Assembly (NCBI GenBank): GCA_035530835.1
Contig: DATKUC010000027.1
Coordinates: 1-57,406, forward strand
Direction of reading: 5' to 3'
Origin: Spirochaetia bacterium
Lineage (GTDB): Bacteria; Spirochaetota; Spirochaetia; DSM-27196; DATKUC01
Length of the DNA: 57,406 nucleotides
Shown here: piece after piece, positions 9,937-18,719 of the stretch
How positions within the stretch are numbered: the stretch's first letter is position 1
Layout: each line of letters begins with the position of its first letter
The notes under the pieces: generated by a model
Database searches by the model: none
What the model was told of the DNA's origin: nothing
What the model saw: the letters and a program-made list of their open reading frames with translations, nothing else
Made by a program: the position numbers and the translations under genes

Positions 9937-10952
9937 TGGGCTCAGTCGAAACGGATGACACCCGAAGCGCAACCGCGCACGGGAAACTGCTGCTCTTCGG
10001 GGAACACTCAGTTGTTCACGGACACCGCGCGATCGGAATTTCGCTTCCGCTCGAACTCACGGTACAACTGCGCGCGGGCTCCTGCGGCCCGGACCTCCAC
10101 ACGCCCGGATTGACCGCGCATGAGCGAACGCTGATCGTGAACGCACTCGGACGCGCGCGGGCACTGACAGGATTGCAACTGCCCGAGCATACTGAATTGA
10201 CCATCACCTCAACAGTTCCTGAAGGGCGGGGGCTCGGATCATCGGGGGCCCTCTGCGGTGCACTATCGCGAGCGCTTTTCGCGGCAGCGGAACATCAGGA
10301 AGAGAGCGACAACGCGCGGCGAATCTGGGAAGTTGCTCATGACATGGAGCATGCGTTCCACGGCACTCCTTCCGGAATCGATACCGGTCTCGCGTTGCAC
10401 GACGGACTTTTCGTCTTCACCCCGGTTACGGGGTCACTTCCCCATATGCGAAGCCTTGTCGGGACTCCGCTCTACCTGCTCGCGACAGTCGTTCCCCGCG
10501 AAGGAACGACCGGAGCGCTGGTGGCGGATATCCGCAGACGGATGTCCGAAGGCGACGCCGGTACCCGGAAAGCCATCGCCGAACTCGGCCACGTAACTGA
10601 CGAAGCTACCCTGTTGCTCGGTTCATCGCACCCGGGAGCTGGCGAACAGGAGTGGATCGCGGGACTTGCCACCCTGGTAACACGGGCCCACGACCTGCTG
10701 CGGTCGCTCGGACTCTCGTCGCCTGCGGTTGAGACCATACTCTCACGGGCGAATGCGTTCGGCGCGCTCGGCGGGAAACTGAGCGGTGCAGGTGGCGGTG
10801 GAGCGTTCTACCTTCTCTATCGCAATCGCACCGAATTGTGCCGTGGCGCGCCGATGCTGCGAAAGGCTCTCGCGTCGATCCCGCACATCGGCGAATGCCC
10901 GGTCTACCCGTTCGAGTGGACCGGGAGCGCGATTCATCTGCTTGATGCCTGA
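9936..10952 (+). CDS. mvk: Mevalonate kinase (GHMP family)
   Basis: HGKLLLFGEHSVVHG, GLGSSGAL and KLSGAGGGGA. ATG 9936 overlaps the TGA of the preceding gene by 1 nt. Confidence 0.8.
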   Translation: MGSVETDDTRSATAHGKLLLFGEHSVVHGHRAIGISLPLELTVQLRAGSCGPDLHTPGLTAHERTLIVNALGRARALTGLQLPEHTELTITSTVPEGRGLGSSGALCGALSRALFAAAEHQEESDNARRIWEVAHDMEHAFHGTPSGIDTGLALHDGLFVFTPVTGSLPHMRSLVGTPLYLLATVVPREGTTGALVADIRRRMSEGDAGTRKAIAELGHVTDEATLLLGSSHPGAGEQEWIAGLATLVTRAHDLLRSLGLSSPAVETILSRANAFGALGGKLSGAGGGGAFYLLYRNRTELCRGAPMLRKALASIPHIGECPVYPFEWTGSAIHLLDA

Positions 10953-10965
10953 GACGCGCCCCGCC

Positions 10966-11772
10966 TCAGGAGTCCGTGGTGCGGCTGCGTTGCATCCGAA
11001 GGACGGCGCGGGCCACCATGCGCCTCGGCAGGAGGCGGACGGAAAAAGTGAGCAACCGGTAGAGAGCTCCGGTGACGACGACGCGCCGTCCGCTCAGGAG
11101 TGCGCGAATACCGGATTCGGCGACGGCTCTCGACGTGCTCATTGTTGTTGACTGCAACCGGCCGTTCTGCCGGATTCCCGCACGGGCATGGAATTCGGTT
11201 GCCGTGGGCCCCGGACAGAGAGCTGTAACGGTTACACCACTTTCCGCAAGTTCTTCGGAAAGTGCTTCGGAAAAACTCAGCACGTATGCTTTCGTAGCGT
11301 AATAGACTGCCATGAGAGGACCTGGCTGGAATGAAGCGACGGACGCAACGTTGAGAATGCGACCGGAATGGCGGCTCACCATTCCCGGCAGCAGCAGCCG
11401 GGTCAGGCGGGTAAGCGAGGTGACGTTTACAGCGATCATCGATGAATAGTCGTCGGGATCTCCATCGGCAAAGGGACCGAAACTGCCGGTCCCGGCGTTG
11501 TTCACCAGTAGTTCGATCTCGATCGCCAGCTCGGCCAGTCGCGCTGCAAGTCGGTCCGGGCCGTCAGGCAGCGACAGATCGACGACCACCGGATAGACAA
11601 TGCGACCGGTGCTTCCGTGCTGCTCGAGAATTGCCGTCCGAAGCTCGTCGAGTCGGGCTTCCGATCGCGCAGTCAGAACCAGGTTATATCCTCGTTGTGA
11701 CAGGAGCAGCGCAAGTTCACGCCCAATCCCGCTGGAGGCTCCGGTTACCAGCGCGAAACCTTTCTGTTCCAT
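10966..11772 (-). CDS. Short-chain dehydrogenase/reductase (SDR) family oxidoreductase
   Basis: TGASSGIG cofactor motif, NNAG, and YxxxK (YYATKAYV). Start at ATG 11772 within ORF 10966..11793. Confidence 0.85.
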   Translation of the reverse strand: MEQKGFALVTGASSGIGRELALLLSQRGYNLVLTARSEARLDELRTAILEQHGSTGRIVYPVVVDLSLPDGPDRLAARLAELAIEIELLVNNAGTGSFGPFADGDPDDYSSMIAVNVTSLTRLTRLLLPGMVSRHSGRILNVASVASFQPGPLMAVYYATKAYVLSFSEALSEELAESGVTVTALCPGPTATEFHARAGIRQNGRLQSTTMSTSRAVAESGIRALLSGRRVVVTGALYRLLTFSVRLLPRRMVARAVLRMQRSRTTDS

Positions 11773-11814
11773 GTGCAGGTTGCAGCATAGCACGGTGTAT
11801 CTCCGGCGAAAAGC

Positions 11815-11842
11815 TTGATTAACCGTCTGGATACACTATAAT
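11815..11842 (+). promoter_or_regulatory. Sigma-70-like promoter (TTGATT-N16-TATAAT) upstream of the HExxH protein gene
   Basis: TTGATT 11815-11820 and a perfect TATAAT at 11837-11842, about 39 nt before ATG 11881. GAGG lies 7 nt before the ATG. Confidence 0.45.
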
Positions 11843-11880
11843 AATCCGACACAGCTTCTATTCACCCCCGAGGTACGCGC

Positions 11881-12678
11881 ATGAATCAGGATCAGGTAAA
11901 AAGCCGTTTGCTCACGCTGGAGCCGGACACTCTGGAATTTTCGGTCATCTTCTCCGGCAAACAGAGCAAGAAGGTAAACGGACTCTATTATCCTGACAAA
12001 CGGGAAATCATTATCCACAACCGGAACTTCCACGACGACAACGCGTTGATGTATACCGCGATCCACGAGTACGCGCACCATCTGCACTTTACCCGGTCAC
12101 CGGTTCCGATCTCATCGCGCTCCCACACAACCGAGTACCGGAACATCCTGCACGAGCTGCTCCGCAAAGCCGAAGAGTCCGGAGTCTACGTAAACATCTT
12201 TCAGGAACATCCTGATTTCGTCAGACTGACCAATCGCATCCGGGACGAGTTCCTGGTGACAAACGGTCAGCTCATGAAGGAACTCGGCTCACTGCTGCAA
12301 AAAGCCGAAGCACTCTGTCAGGAGCACCATGCACGCTTCGAAGACTACATCGAGCGAGTGCTGCTTCTGGACCGCCGATCGGCGTCCACGCTCATCCGCA
12401 TCCACAACCTGGACGTGACACCGGCAATTGGATACGACAACATGCGTACGGTTGCGAATATGCGGAATCCTGAACAACGGAGCGCCGCCCTGCAGGCGTT
12501 CTCCGCAGGGAAAAGCCCGGACATGGTCAAGACAGAAATTCAGAAGATCCGGAAAGCCGAGAAGGAACCAGTCCAGCTGCTGTTCGCTGAGAAACAGAGG
12601 ATCGAGCGCACGATCGACAGTCTGCGTGAACGGCTGAAGGTAGTCGAGACGCGAATCGACCAGATGCGGGAGCTATAG
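11881..12678 (+). CDS. Hypothetical protein with an N-terminal HExxH (SprT/DUF45-like) metallopeptidase-type motif and a helical C-terminal half
   Basis: IHEYAHHLH preceded by KKVNGLYYPDKREIIIH. C-terminus is rich in charged heptad-like sequence. GC-rich third codon positions support coding. Confidence 0.6.
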   Translation: MNQDQVKSRLLTLEPDTLEFSVIFSGKQSKKVNGLYYPDKREIIIHNRNFHDDNALMYTAIHEYAHHLHFTRSPVPISSRSHTTEYRNILHELLRKAEESGVYVNIFQEHPDFVRLTNRIRDEFLVTNGQLMKELGSLLQKAEALCQEHHARFEDYIERVLLLDRRSASTLIRIHNLDVTPAIGYDNMRTVANMRNPEQRSAALQAFSAGKSPDMVKTEIQKIRKAEKEPVQLLFAEKQRIERTIDSLRERLKVVETRIDQMREL

Positions 12679-12747
12679 GCTCTTCCATCACCCTTCCGCT
12701 TCACCATTCGATTGCAGGCACTGGCCATGATCTAGTATCTTGTAATC

Positions 12748-13065
12748 ATGCAAGAAGCAGTTGAGTTCATGCACGAAGATGGAGCGAGCGCCGACCTGAA
12801 ACTCAGGCTCTATGCGCTTTCCACATGCGCGTTCTGCCGGCGGGCAATCGAGTTTCTGAAGTCACATGGCCTGGCGTTCGAATACATCTACCTCGACAAG
12901 ATAGATGTGGAAGTCAAGCGGGCTCTGAAGGCGGAACTCAAAGAACAGTACCAGAATCTCCCCGTATTTCCGGTTCTAACAATCAGTGACAAACAGGCAA
13001 TCTCCGGTTTTCGTGAAGGTGAGTACCTGAAGGCGCTCGGATTGGACAGTCAGGGTACCGCGTGA
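12748..13065 (+). CDS. Glutaredoxin-like small redox protein (CxxC = CAFC)
   Basis: 105 aa. LYALSTCAFCRRAIEFLK matches the thioredoxin-fold active-site position, and VFPVL matches the cis-Pro region. Confidence 0.75.
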   Translation: MQEAVEFMHEDGASADLKLRLYALSTCAFCRRAIEFLKSHGLAFEYIYLDKIDVEVKRALKAELKEQYQNLPVFPVLTISDKQAISGFREGEYLKALGLDSQGTA

Positions 13066-13415
13066 TGGCAGAACAACGAAGCAAATCGACCGAGGACACC
13101 ACCAGGTTCGTCGAAATGGTAGCCGGCCACAACGGCTGGGAGGTCAATCCGGACAAGGCGTTTGTCGGACACCTGGTGGATGGACTCACGGAAAACTACA
13201 ATCGCTACGGATTCTATCTCTGCCCGTGCCGGGACTCCTGGGGCGAGCGAACGAAGGATCGGGATATCACCTGTCCCTGTTCCTATATTGTCGCGGATCA
13301 GCAGGAGTACGGCCACTGTTTCTGCGGACTGTTTCTGTCAAGTGAGTTTGCAAAGCGGGGTGAAGCGCCCCAACAGATTCCGGAGCGCAGGCCTGAAGAC
13401 CTGTACCCCCACTAG
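13065..13415 (+). CDS. Ferredoxin:thioredoxin reductase catalytic-subunit-like [4Fe-4S] disulfide reductase
   Basis: Six Cys arranged CPC-x14-CPC-x12-CFC (C53/55, C70/72, C85/87), resembling the FTR catalytic-chain CPC..CPC..CHC signature. The start overlaps the stop of the glutaredoxin-like gene. Confidence 0.7.
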   Translation: MAEQRSKSTEDTTRFVEMVAGHNGWEVNPDKAFVGHLVDGLTENYNRYGFYLCPCRDSWGERTKDRDITCPCSYIVADQQEYGHCFCGLFLSSEFAKRGEAPQQIPERRPEDLYPH

Positions 13416-13699
13416 TGATCGTCGAGGTACGCTCGTGCGACGTCGATCATCTGCTGCACTGCGACGTTGAGTATTGCCATGTCTTCACCGAGGCCGTCGC
13501 ACCCACCGGCACGCAGGCAGCTCTCGATCCTGCGCGCGACGGTAAGTGCTTCCTGCCCGCGAAGCGTGCCTGTCACATTCGCAATTGAATGGGAAAGCCG
13601 GGAGAGCGACGTCATGTCGGAATCACGGTAGGCACCGTTCAGTTCCTTGAGACGAGTTGTCGCTTCGCTCACAAACAACTCGAGGAAGTGATCGATCAT
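13412..13699 (-). CDS. Stand-alone Hpt (histidine phosphotransfer) domain protein
   Basis: 95 aa four-helix-type pattern FLELFVSEA..LSRLSHSIANVTGTLRGQEAL..ARRIE, typical of Hpt domains. The usual KG after the His is not conserved. Confidence 0.55.
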   Translation of the reverse strand: MIDHFLELFVSEATTRLKELNGAYRDSDMTSLSRLSHSIANVTGTLRGQEALTVARRIESCLRAGGCDGLGEDMAILNVAVQQMIDVARAYLDDH

Positions 13700-13779
13700 G
13701 TCCGGCGCGCCGGCGAACTCATGGAAAAAGCGGTCGAGCGAAAAAGGGGGTGTACGTTGATTGTCGTCCGGAAAATCAG

Positions 13780-14829
13780 TCAGCGTCCTCTCTCCCCCAC
13801 GCGGCGCAGATCTGCGGCGAGCGCTTCGATGTCCTGTTCGCTCGTGTCAAACGAAGACATCCACCGAACAACAGTCTCCTCATGAGTCGGATACTCCCAG
13901 TCGTGGAAGGGGTGCAGTGCGCGGAGCGGTTCGACCCATTTGTTCGGCAATCTTGCAAACACACCGTTTGCCTCAACCGGGTATTCGATAGAGATACCCG
14001 GAACCTTCGCCACCTCTTCGACGAGTAGCTGCGCCATTCGATTTGCGTGCGTCGCATTTGTCTTCCAGAGCTCTTCCCGGATGTAGACGTCGAACTGCGC
14101 CGCTACAAAACGCATCTTGCTTGCAAGCTGCATTCCCTGCTTGCGGATGAATTTGAACGCCCGCGCGAGCTCCGGCCTGAAGAACACGACCGCCTCGCCG
14201 AACATGAGGCCGTTCTTTGTTCCGCCGAACGAGAGAACGTCGACACCGAGCTCGGCGGTAATCTCGCGAATCTCTCGCTGCAGGAAAACTGCCGCGTTTG
14301 AAATCCGCGCTCCATCGACATGGAGATAGAGCCCGTTTTCATGGGCGTAATTGGCGATCTCGCTGACAAGTTCGGGAGAATAGACTGTCCCCATCTCGGT
14401 CGACTGCGTGATTGAGATTACCGCCGGCTGTGACCGGTGTTCGTTGCCGAGATCGGCAATGTGGTGCCGGATTCCGTCGACGGAGAGTCTGCCGTCACGA
14501 GTCTTCACGCTGAGCAGTTTGGCGCCGGTAAACCGCTCCGGGGCACCACACTCGTCCTCGTTGATGTGAGCGACCGAGGAGCAGATGATCCCGTTGTAGG
14601 AACTGATCATCGACTGCAGACCGAGCACGTTTGCGGCGGTGCCGTTGTACACGAAGAACACTTCAACATCGGCGCCAAGCATCTTCCGCATGGCATCGAC
14701 CGCGCCCCGGGTGACATCGTCGTCCCCATAGGAGAGCGCGTGGCCCTGGTTCACGCGCGCAAGCGCCTCAATCACCCGGGGATGGACGGAAGCTGCATTG
14801 TCGCTGGCAAAGAATCGCTCAGGTTGCAT
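13780..14829 (-). CDS. ltaE: Low-specificity L-threonine aldolase (PLP-dependent, beta-eliminating lyase fold)
   Basis: FASDNAASVHPRVIEAL N-terminus and the PLP-Lys context SFGGTKNG. Confidence 0.85.
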   Translation of the reverse strand: MQPERFFASDNAASVHPRVIEALARVNQGHALSYGDDDVTRGAVDAMRKMLGADVEVFFVYNGTAANVLGLQSMISSYNGIICSSVAHINEDECGAPERFTGAKLLSVKTRDGRLSVDGIRHHIADLGNEHRSQPAVISITQSTEMGTVYSPELVSEIANYAHENGLYLHVDGARISNAAVFLQREIREITAELGVDVLSFGGTKNGLMFGEAVVFFRPELARAFKFIRKQGMQLASKMRFVAAQFDVYIREELWKTNATHANRMAQLLVEEVAKVPGISIEYPVEANGVFARLPNKWVEPLRALHPFHDWEYPTHEETVVRWMSSFDTSEQDIEALAADLRRVGERGR

Positions 14830-14850
14830 AGATTGTTACACTCCGGTCGG

Positions 14851-16155
14851 TTATTTATGATCGATCTTCTGAAATACCATGTCGCGGTAAGTTCGGCAAT
14901 GAGCTGCGTCGGGTTGAATGCTCAGAGCCCGCTCGAGGTCCTGAAGCGACCCTCCGTAGTCACCAAGCTGGAAGTAAACCTGGGCGCGGGCGTAGAGCGG
15001 ATCGAATTGATAGGGATCGAGCTCAAGGCACGCATTCAGATCCTCAAGCGACTGTGAGTAGTGGCCAAGAACACGCTGGACGACGCCCCGGTAGTAGTAC
15101 GCTTTGGGATTGCGCGCATCGAGCTCCATCGCCCTGCTGAAATCGTCAATAGCCGGCGCGTACTGCGCCTGGGTGAAATAGGCCATACCCCTGTGCACGT
15201 GGATGATCGCCTGGATGTACTCCTTCGGTCGAAAAGAGAGGATTTCACTGTAGATTCTGATTGCCGTGCCGAGGCGATTCTGATTATGGGCGGCGAGCGC
15301 CTTCAGCAGCATGTTGTCGATCGTCTCCGATCCCATGACGAGCGAGCGCACGAAATTGCCCCCTTCGACTTCCTCAAAAGAGGCTTCATCAGGATCAACA
15401 ACGGTCGCCACCGGCTCCTGCAGATCCGCGCCATTCCCTGAACCGCCGTTTGAGTCGATCTGATCGCCGGTCACTTCGGCCATCTTCTTCCAGAACAGCT
15501 CGCGACGCTTCTTGAGCTCCGAATGGAGCTGTCGCTGATAGTCGCGGATCTCCTGGAAAATGATGTCCGACAGCGAAAGGTTTGCGTTCAGTGCTGCGAG
15601 TTTGCGGCGAAGTGGTTCGTCAAACGGCGTAAACTCCGCCTTGTAGACGAGTTCATGCTCAACCTCGGCCCACGCATCCTGGAGGATGGTCCGCAGCTGA
15701 ATCTCGCAGAGCAGATCCTGCCCGACGTGAAAGCTGTCAGCTATGTCATCGGGAATGCGGGTAAGATAGTGAGTCGATTCGTAGCCGAACTCTTTCACCG
15801 AGAAGTTGGCACCCTTCCGCTCAACCTCAACCACGTTCATTGTCTGCCTGATCTGCTCTTCGGCCTTGTTCAGATCTTCCATGAACGCGCAGACCACACG
15901 AAGGCCGAGAAGATCTGTCATCTGAATCGAACCTTCCCGCTGTCCCGTCAGCTTGAGTTTCCGCAGCAGCTTCTCGTACATGCTCTCGAACGACTTGACC
16001 CGGTACTTGATAGTCGCGGGTACTCCTGTCCGTATGAAGTTCTGCTTCATACGTCGGTGCACCTCGTACAGTACCTTTTCGTAGACATCGGTCTCCTCGG
16101 CGTACTGTTCGCGAAGCTGTTCTTTGCTGGGAAGAGGGAGGGATATCGTCGTCAT
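14851..16155 (-). CDS. Small alarmone ((p)ppGpp) synthetase, RelA/SpoT synthetase domain fused to C-terminal TPR repeats
   Basis: Synthetase motifs RVKSFESMYEKL, DLLGLRVVC, GYESTHYL and EIQLRTILQDAWAEVEHELVYK. The C-terminal ~170 aa have repeated TPR-like A..Y/F..A patterns. Confidence 0.85.
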   Translation of the reverse strand: MTTISLPLPSKEQLREQYAEETDVYEKVLYEVHRRMKQNFIRTGVPATIKYRVKSFESMYEKLLRKLKLTGQREGSIQMTDLLGLRVVCAFMEDLNKAEEQIRQTMNVVEVERKGANFSVKEFGYESTHYLTRIPDDIADSFHVGQDLLCEIQLRTILQDAWAEVEHELVYKAEFTPFDEPLRRKLAALNANLSLSDIIFQEIRDYQRQLHSELKKRRELFWKKMAEVTGDQIDSNGGSGNGADLQEPVATVVDPDEASFEEVEGGNFVRSLVMGSETIDNMLLKALAAHNQNRLGTAIRIYSEILSFRPKEYIQAIIHVHRGMAYFTQAQYAPAIDDFSRAMELDARNPKAYYYRGVVQRVLGHYSQSLEDLNACLELDPYQFDPLYARAQVYFQLGDYGGSLQDLERALSIQPDAAHCRTYRDMVFQKIDHK

Positions 16156-16256
16156 AGAGCTTCCAGGCTCCTCATGAGGAAAAAACTCTTTTTAATATAT
16201 TGGAGCTTTGGGGTAGATTTTTCCATGCGTTCCGTATATTATACTACCGATGTATC

Positions 16257-18719
16257 ATGGACTACCAGCATAACCTGCCGGAAACTCCGGCCAACTACCC
16301 ATACACGAAGGTCTTTGATCTTGTTGATATCGGTATGTGTATCACGGACTCGAACGGAACGTTCACCTACGTCAATTCCGCGTGCTGCGAACTCCTTGGG
16401 TACCTGCCGAACGAGATGATCGGCCGGCCGCTGACGATGATAATCGCCTCCGAACACCGAAGTGTCTGGGAACAGGATTACCACCGGATCGGAGGGCCTG
16501 AAGTGAATGTTCCGCACGAATATAAAATGATCCGCAAGGATGGCACTCTGCTCGATGTTTCATTTACCGGGACGGGCGTACCCGGATCGACCGGTCGACT
16601 GTCTCAGATCAGCACGATTGTCGAAACCGGTTCGCGAGCCCGGAGCGAAACCTCGCTCAGACGGTTCGGACAGATTTTCGACCAGACCCCGAACGAGATC
16701 TACATCTTTCCGGTTCATCCCTTTGTTCTCGTGGGAGCAAACAGGCAGGCGGAGGCGAACCTCGGATATTCGAACGCCGAATTGCTGCAGCTGACGCCGT
16801 TTGACGTCATGGAAAGCATTACCTCGAGCGAGTTCGACAGGTTGGTGAGCCCGCTCATGGACGGCTCAAAGAAACGGGTTGCATTTGAATGCGAACATCG
16901 ACGAAAAGACGGAACTACCTACTCGGTTCAAACGAGCCTGCAATACCTTGCGGACGAGAATCCGCCGGTTTTCGTCGCAATTTCGAATGATATCTCCGGG
17001 CGTCGAAAGGCCGAAACATGGGCCCGGCTTCTGGAAAAGATCATCGACAGCAGCAACGACGGAATCCTCGTGACCGACGCGGCAAACACCGTTCTGTTCC
17101 TGAACCAGGGTTTTTCGGAGATCACCGGGTACACCTCAGGGGACCTGGTCGGTCGCGATACTTCCTTTCTGAAGAATGACTTCAATCCGCCCGATTATCA
17201 ACAGCGGATCGAGGACGCACTGCGGACATTGGGTACATGGACCGACGAAATCTGGGGAGTGCGCAAGAACGGAGTATCCTACGCGCAGCGTCTGAGTGTC
17301 AGCAAAGTCACCGATGATTCGGGAAATCTCACGAACTACATCTACAGTATCGAAGACATCACCGAGCAGCGGCACGTTCAGGAACGAATGCGGCATCTCG
17401 CATACTACGATACCCTTACCGATCTGCCGAATCGCACCTACTTCAACGAGCGAATAGCCCGGGCACTCACGCTCGCCGAGCAGTCCGGGACCTATGTCGC
17501 TATCCTGTTTGCAAACCTCGAGCGATTCAGAAACATAAACAAGACCTTCGGACAGCTCTCCGGCGACAACCTGCTGAGAATGGTCGCCGATCGATTCCGG
17601 GAAGTATTCCCGAATGCAGACAGCATTTCGCATTTCGGTGGCGATGAGTTCGTCGTCCTGCTCGAGTCGGTACCGAACATTCGGGAGGTTCAGCTGGCGG
17701 CTGAAACCGCGCTGCTCTACCTCAACAAACCGTACGAAATCAACGACTTTGTCATCTACGCCAGCGCCCGCATCGGAATCAGTATGTTCCCCGAGCATGG
17801 AAAGACTGCAGAGATGCTGCTGCGAAACGCGGAGGCGGCGTTGAACGACGTCGTGCAGGGCGCGGGTGCGCACGTCGCCTTTTACTCAACCGGATTGAAT
17901 GCACGCGCAATTGAGCGAATGAAGATCGAAAACGGCCTGAGAACCGCCATTGCCCGCCAGGAGCTCTTTCTCCATTTCCAGCCACAGATCGACGTGAGAA
18001 CCGGCAATGTGTGCGGAGCTGAAGCGCTGCTCCGATGGCACAGCGATCGCCGTGGACTCATTCCTCCTTCGGAGTTCATCCCGGTCGCTGAAGATACCGG
18101 ACTCATCGTGCCAATCGGTGAGTGGGTGCTGCGGACCGCCTGTGCGCAGTTCTCCGACTGGAAGAACAGGCTCGGTCCGAAGAATCTCCGCATTGCGGTG
18201 AATATCTCCGCTCATCAGTTCGCGCGCTCGGGACTTGTCCGCTTTGTTGAGTCCATCATACGTTCCGCCGAAATCGATCCGTCTCTGCTCGAGCTCGAGA
18301 TCACCGAAAGCGCGGTCATGAGGAACGTCGATGAGGCAATCCGCACGCTGAAAGAGTTGAAGAATCTTGGCATTACCATCGCTGTGGATGACTTTGGAAC
18401 CGGTTACTCCTCTCTGAGCTACCTCAGACGTCTTCCGATCGATCGACTGAAAATCGACCGCTCGTTCGTAACCGACATCTCCCGCGACGCCGCGAATGAC
18501 TCTATTATCGATGCAATCATCGCGCTTGCCCGCGGACTCTCGCTCGAGGTGATAGCTGAGGGAGTCGAGACACCCGGTCAGGTCGATTTCCTGAAGAAGC
18601 GCGGATGCGAAATTGCCCAGGGCTATTTCTACAGTCACCCACTTTCACCCGATGCATTCATTGAGTTTGTAGTCGACCACACGCTGATCGGTTCGGCTCC
18701 GGACGCTTTACGCAGGTGA
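16257..18719 (+). CDS. Multi-PAS diguanylate cyclase/phosphodiesterase (PAS-PAS-PAS-GGDEF-EAL)
   Basis: Intact GGDEF (HFGGDEFVVLL) and EAL (EALLRW, DDFGTGYSSL, KIDRSF) motifs with several PAS/PAC-like segments. ATG 16257 lies within ORF 16200..18719. Confidence 0.9.
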   Translation: MDYQHNLPETPANYPYTKVFDLVDIGMCITDSNGTFTYVNSACCELLGYLPNEMIGRPLTMIIASEHRSVWEQDYHRIGGPEVNVPHEYKMIRKDGTLLDVSFTGTGVPGSTGRLSQISTIVETGSRARSETSLRRFGQIFDQTPNEIYIFPVHPFVLVGANRQAEANLGYSNAELLQLTPFDVMESITSSEFDRLVSPLMDGSKKRVAFECEHRRKDGTTYSVQTSLQYLADENPPVFVAISNDISGRRKAETWARLLEKIIDSSNDGILVTDAANTVLFLNQGFSEITGYTSGDLVGRDTSFLKNDFNPPDYQQRIEDALRTLGTWTDEIWGVRKNGVSYAQRLSVSKVTDDSGNLTNYIYSIEDITEQRHVQERMRHLAYYDTLTDLPNRTYFNERIARALTLAEQSGTYVAILFANLERFRNINKTFGQLSGDNLLRMVADRFREVFPNADSISHFGGDEFVVLLESVPNIREVQLAAETALLYLNKPYEINDFVIYASARIGISMFPEHGKTAEMLLRNAEAALNDVVQGAGAHVAFYSTGLNARAIERMKIENGLRTAIARQELFLHFQPQIDVRTGNVCGAEALLRWHSDRRGLIPPSEFIPVAEDTGLIVPIGEWVLRTACAQFSDWKNRLGPKNLRIAVNISAHQFARSGLVRFVESIIRSAEIDPSLLELEITESAVMRNVDEAIRTLKELKNLGITIAVDDFGTGYSSLSYLRRLPIDRLKIDRSFVTDISRDAANDSIIDAIIALARGLSLEVIAEGVETPGQVDFLKKRGCEIAQGYFYSHPLSPDAFIEFVVDHTLIGSAPDALRR

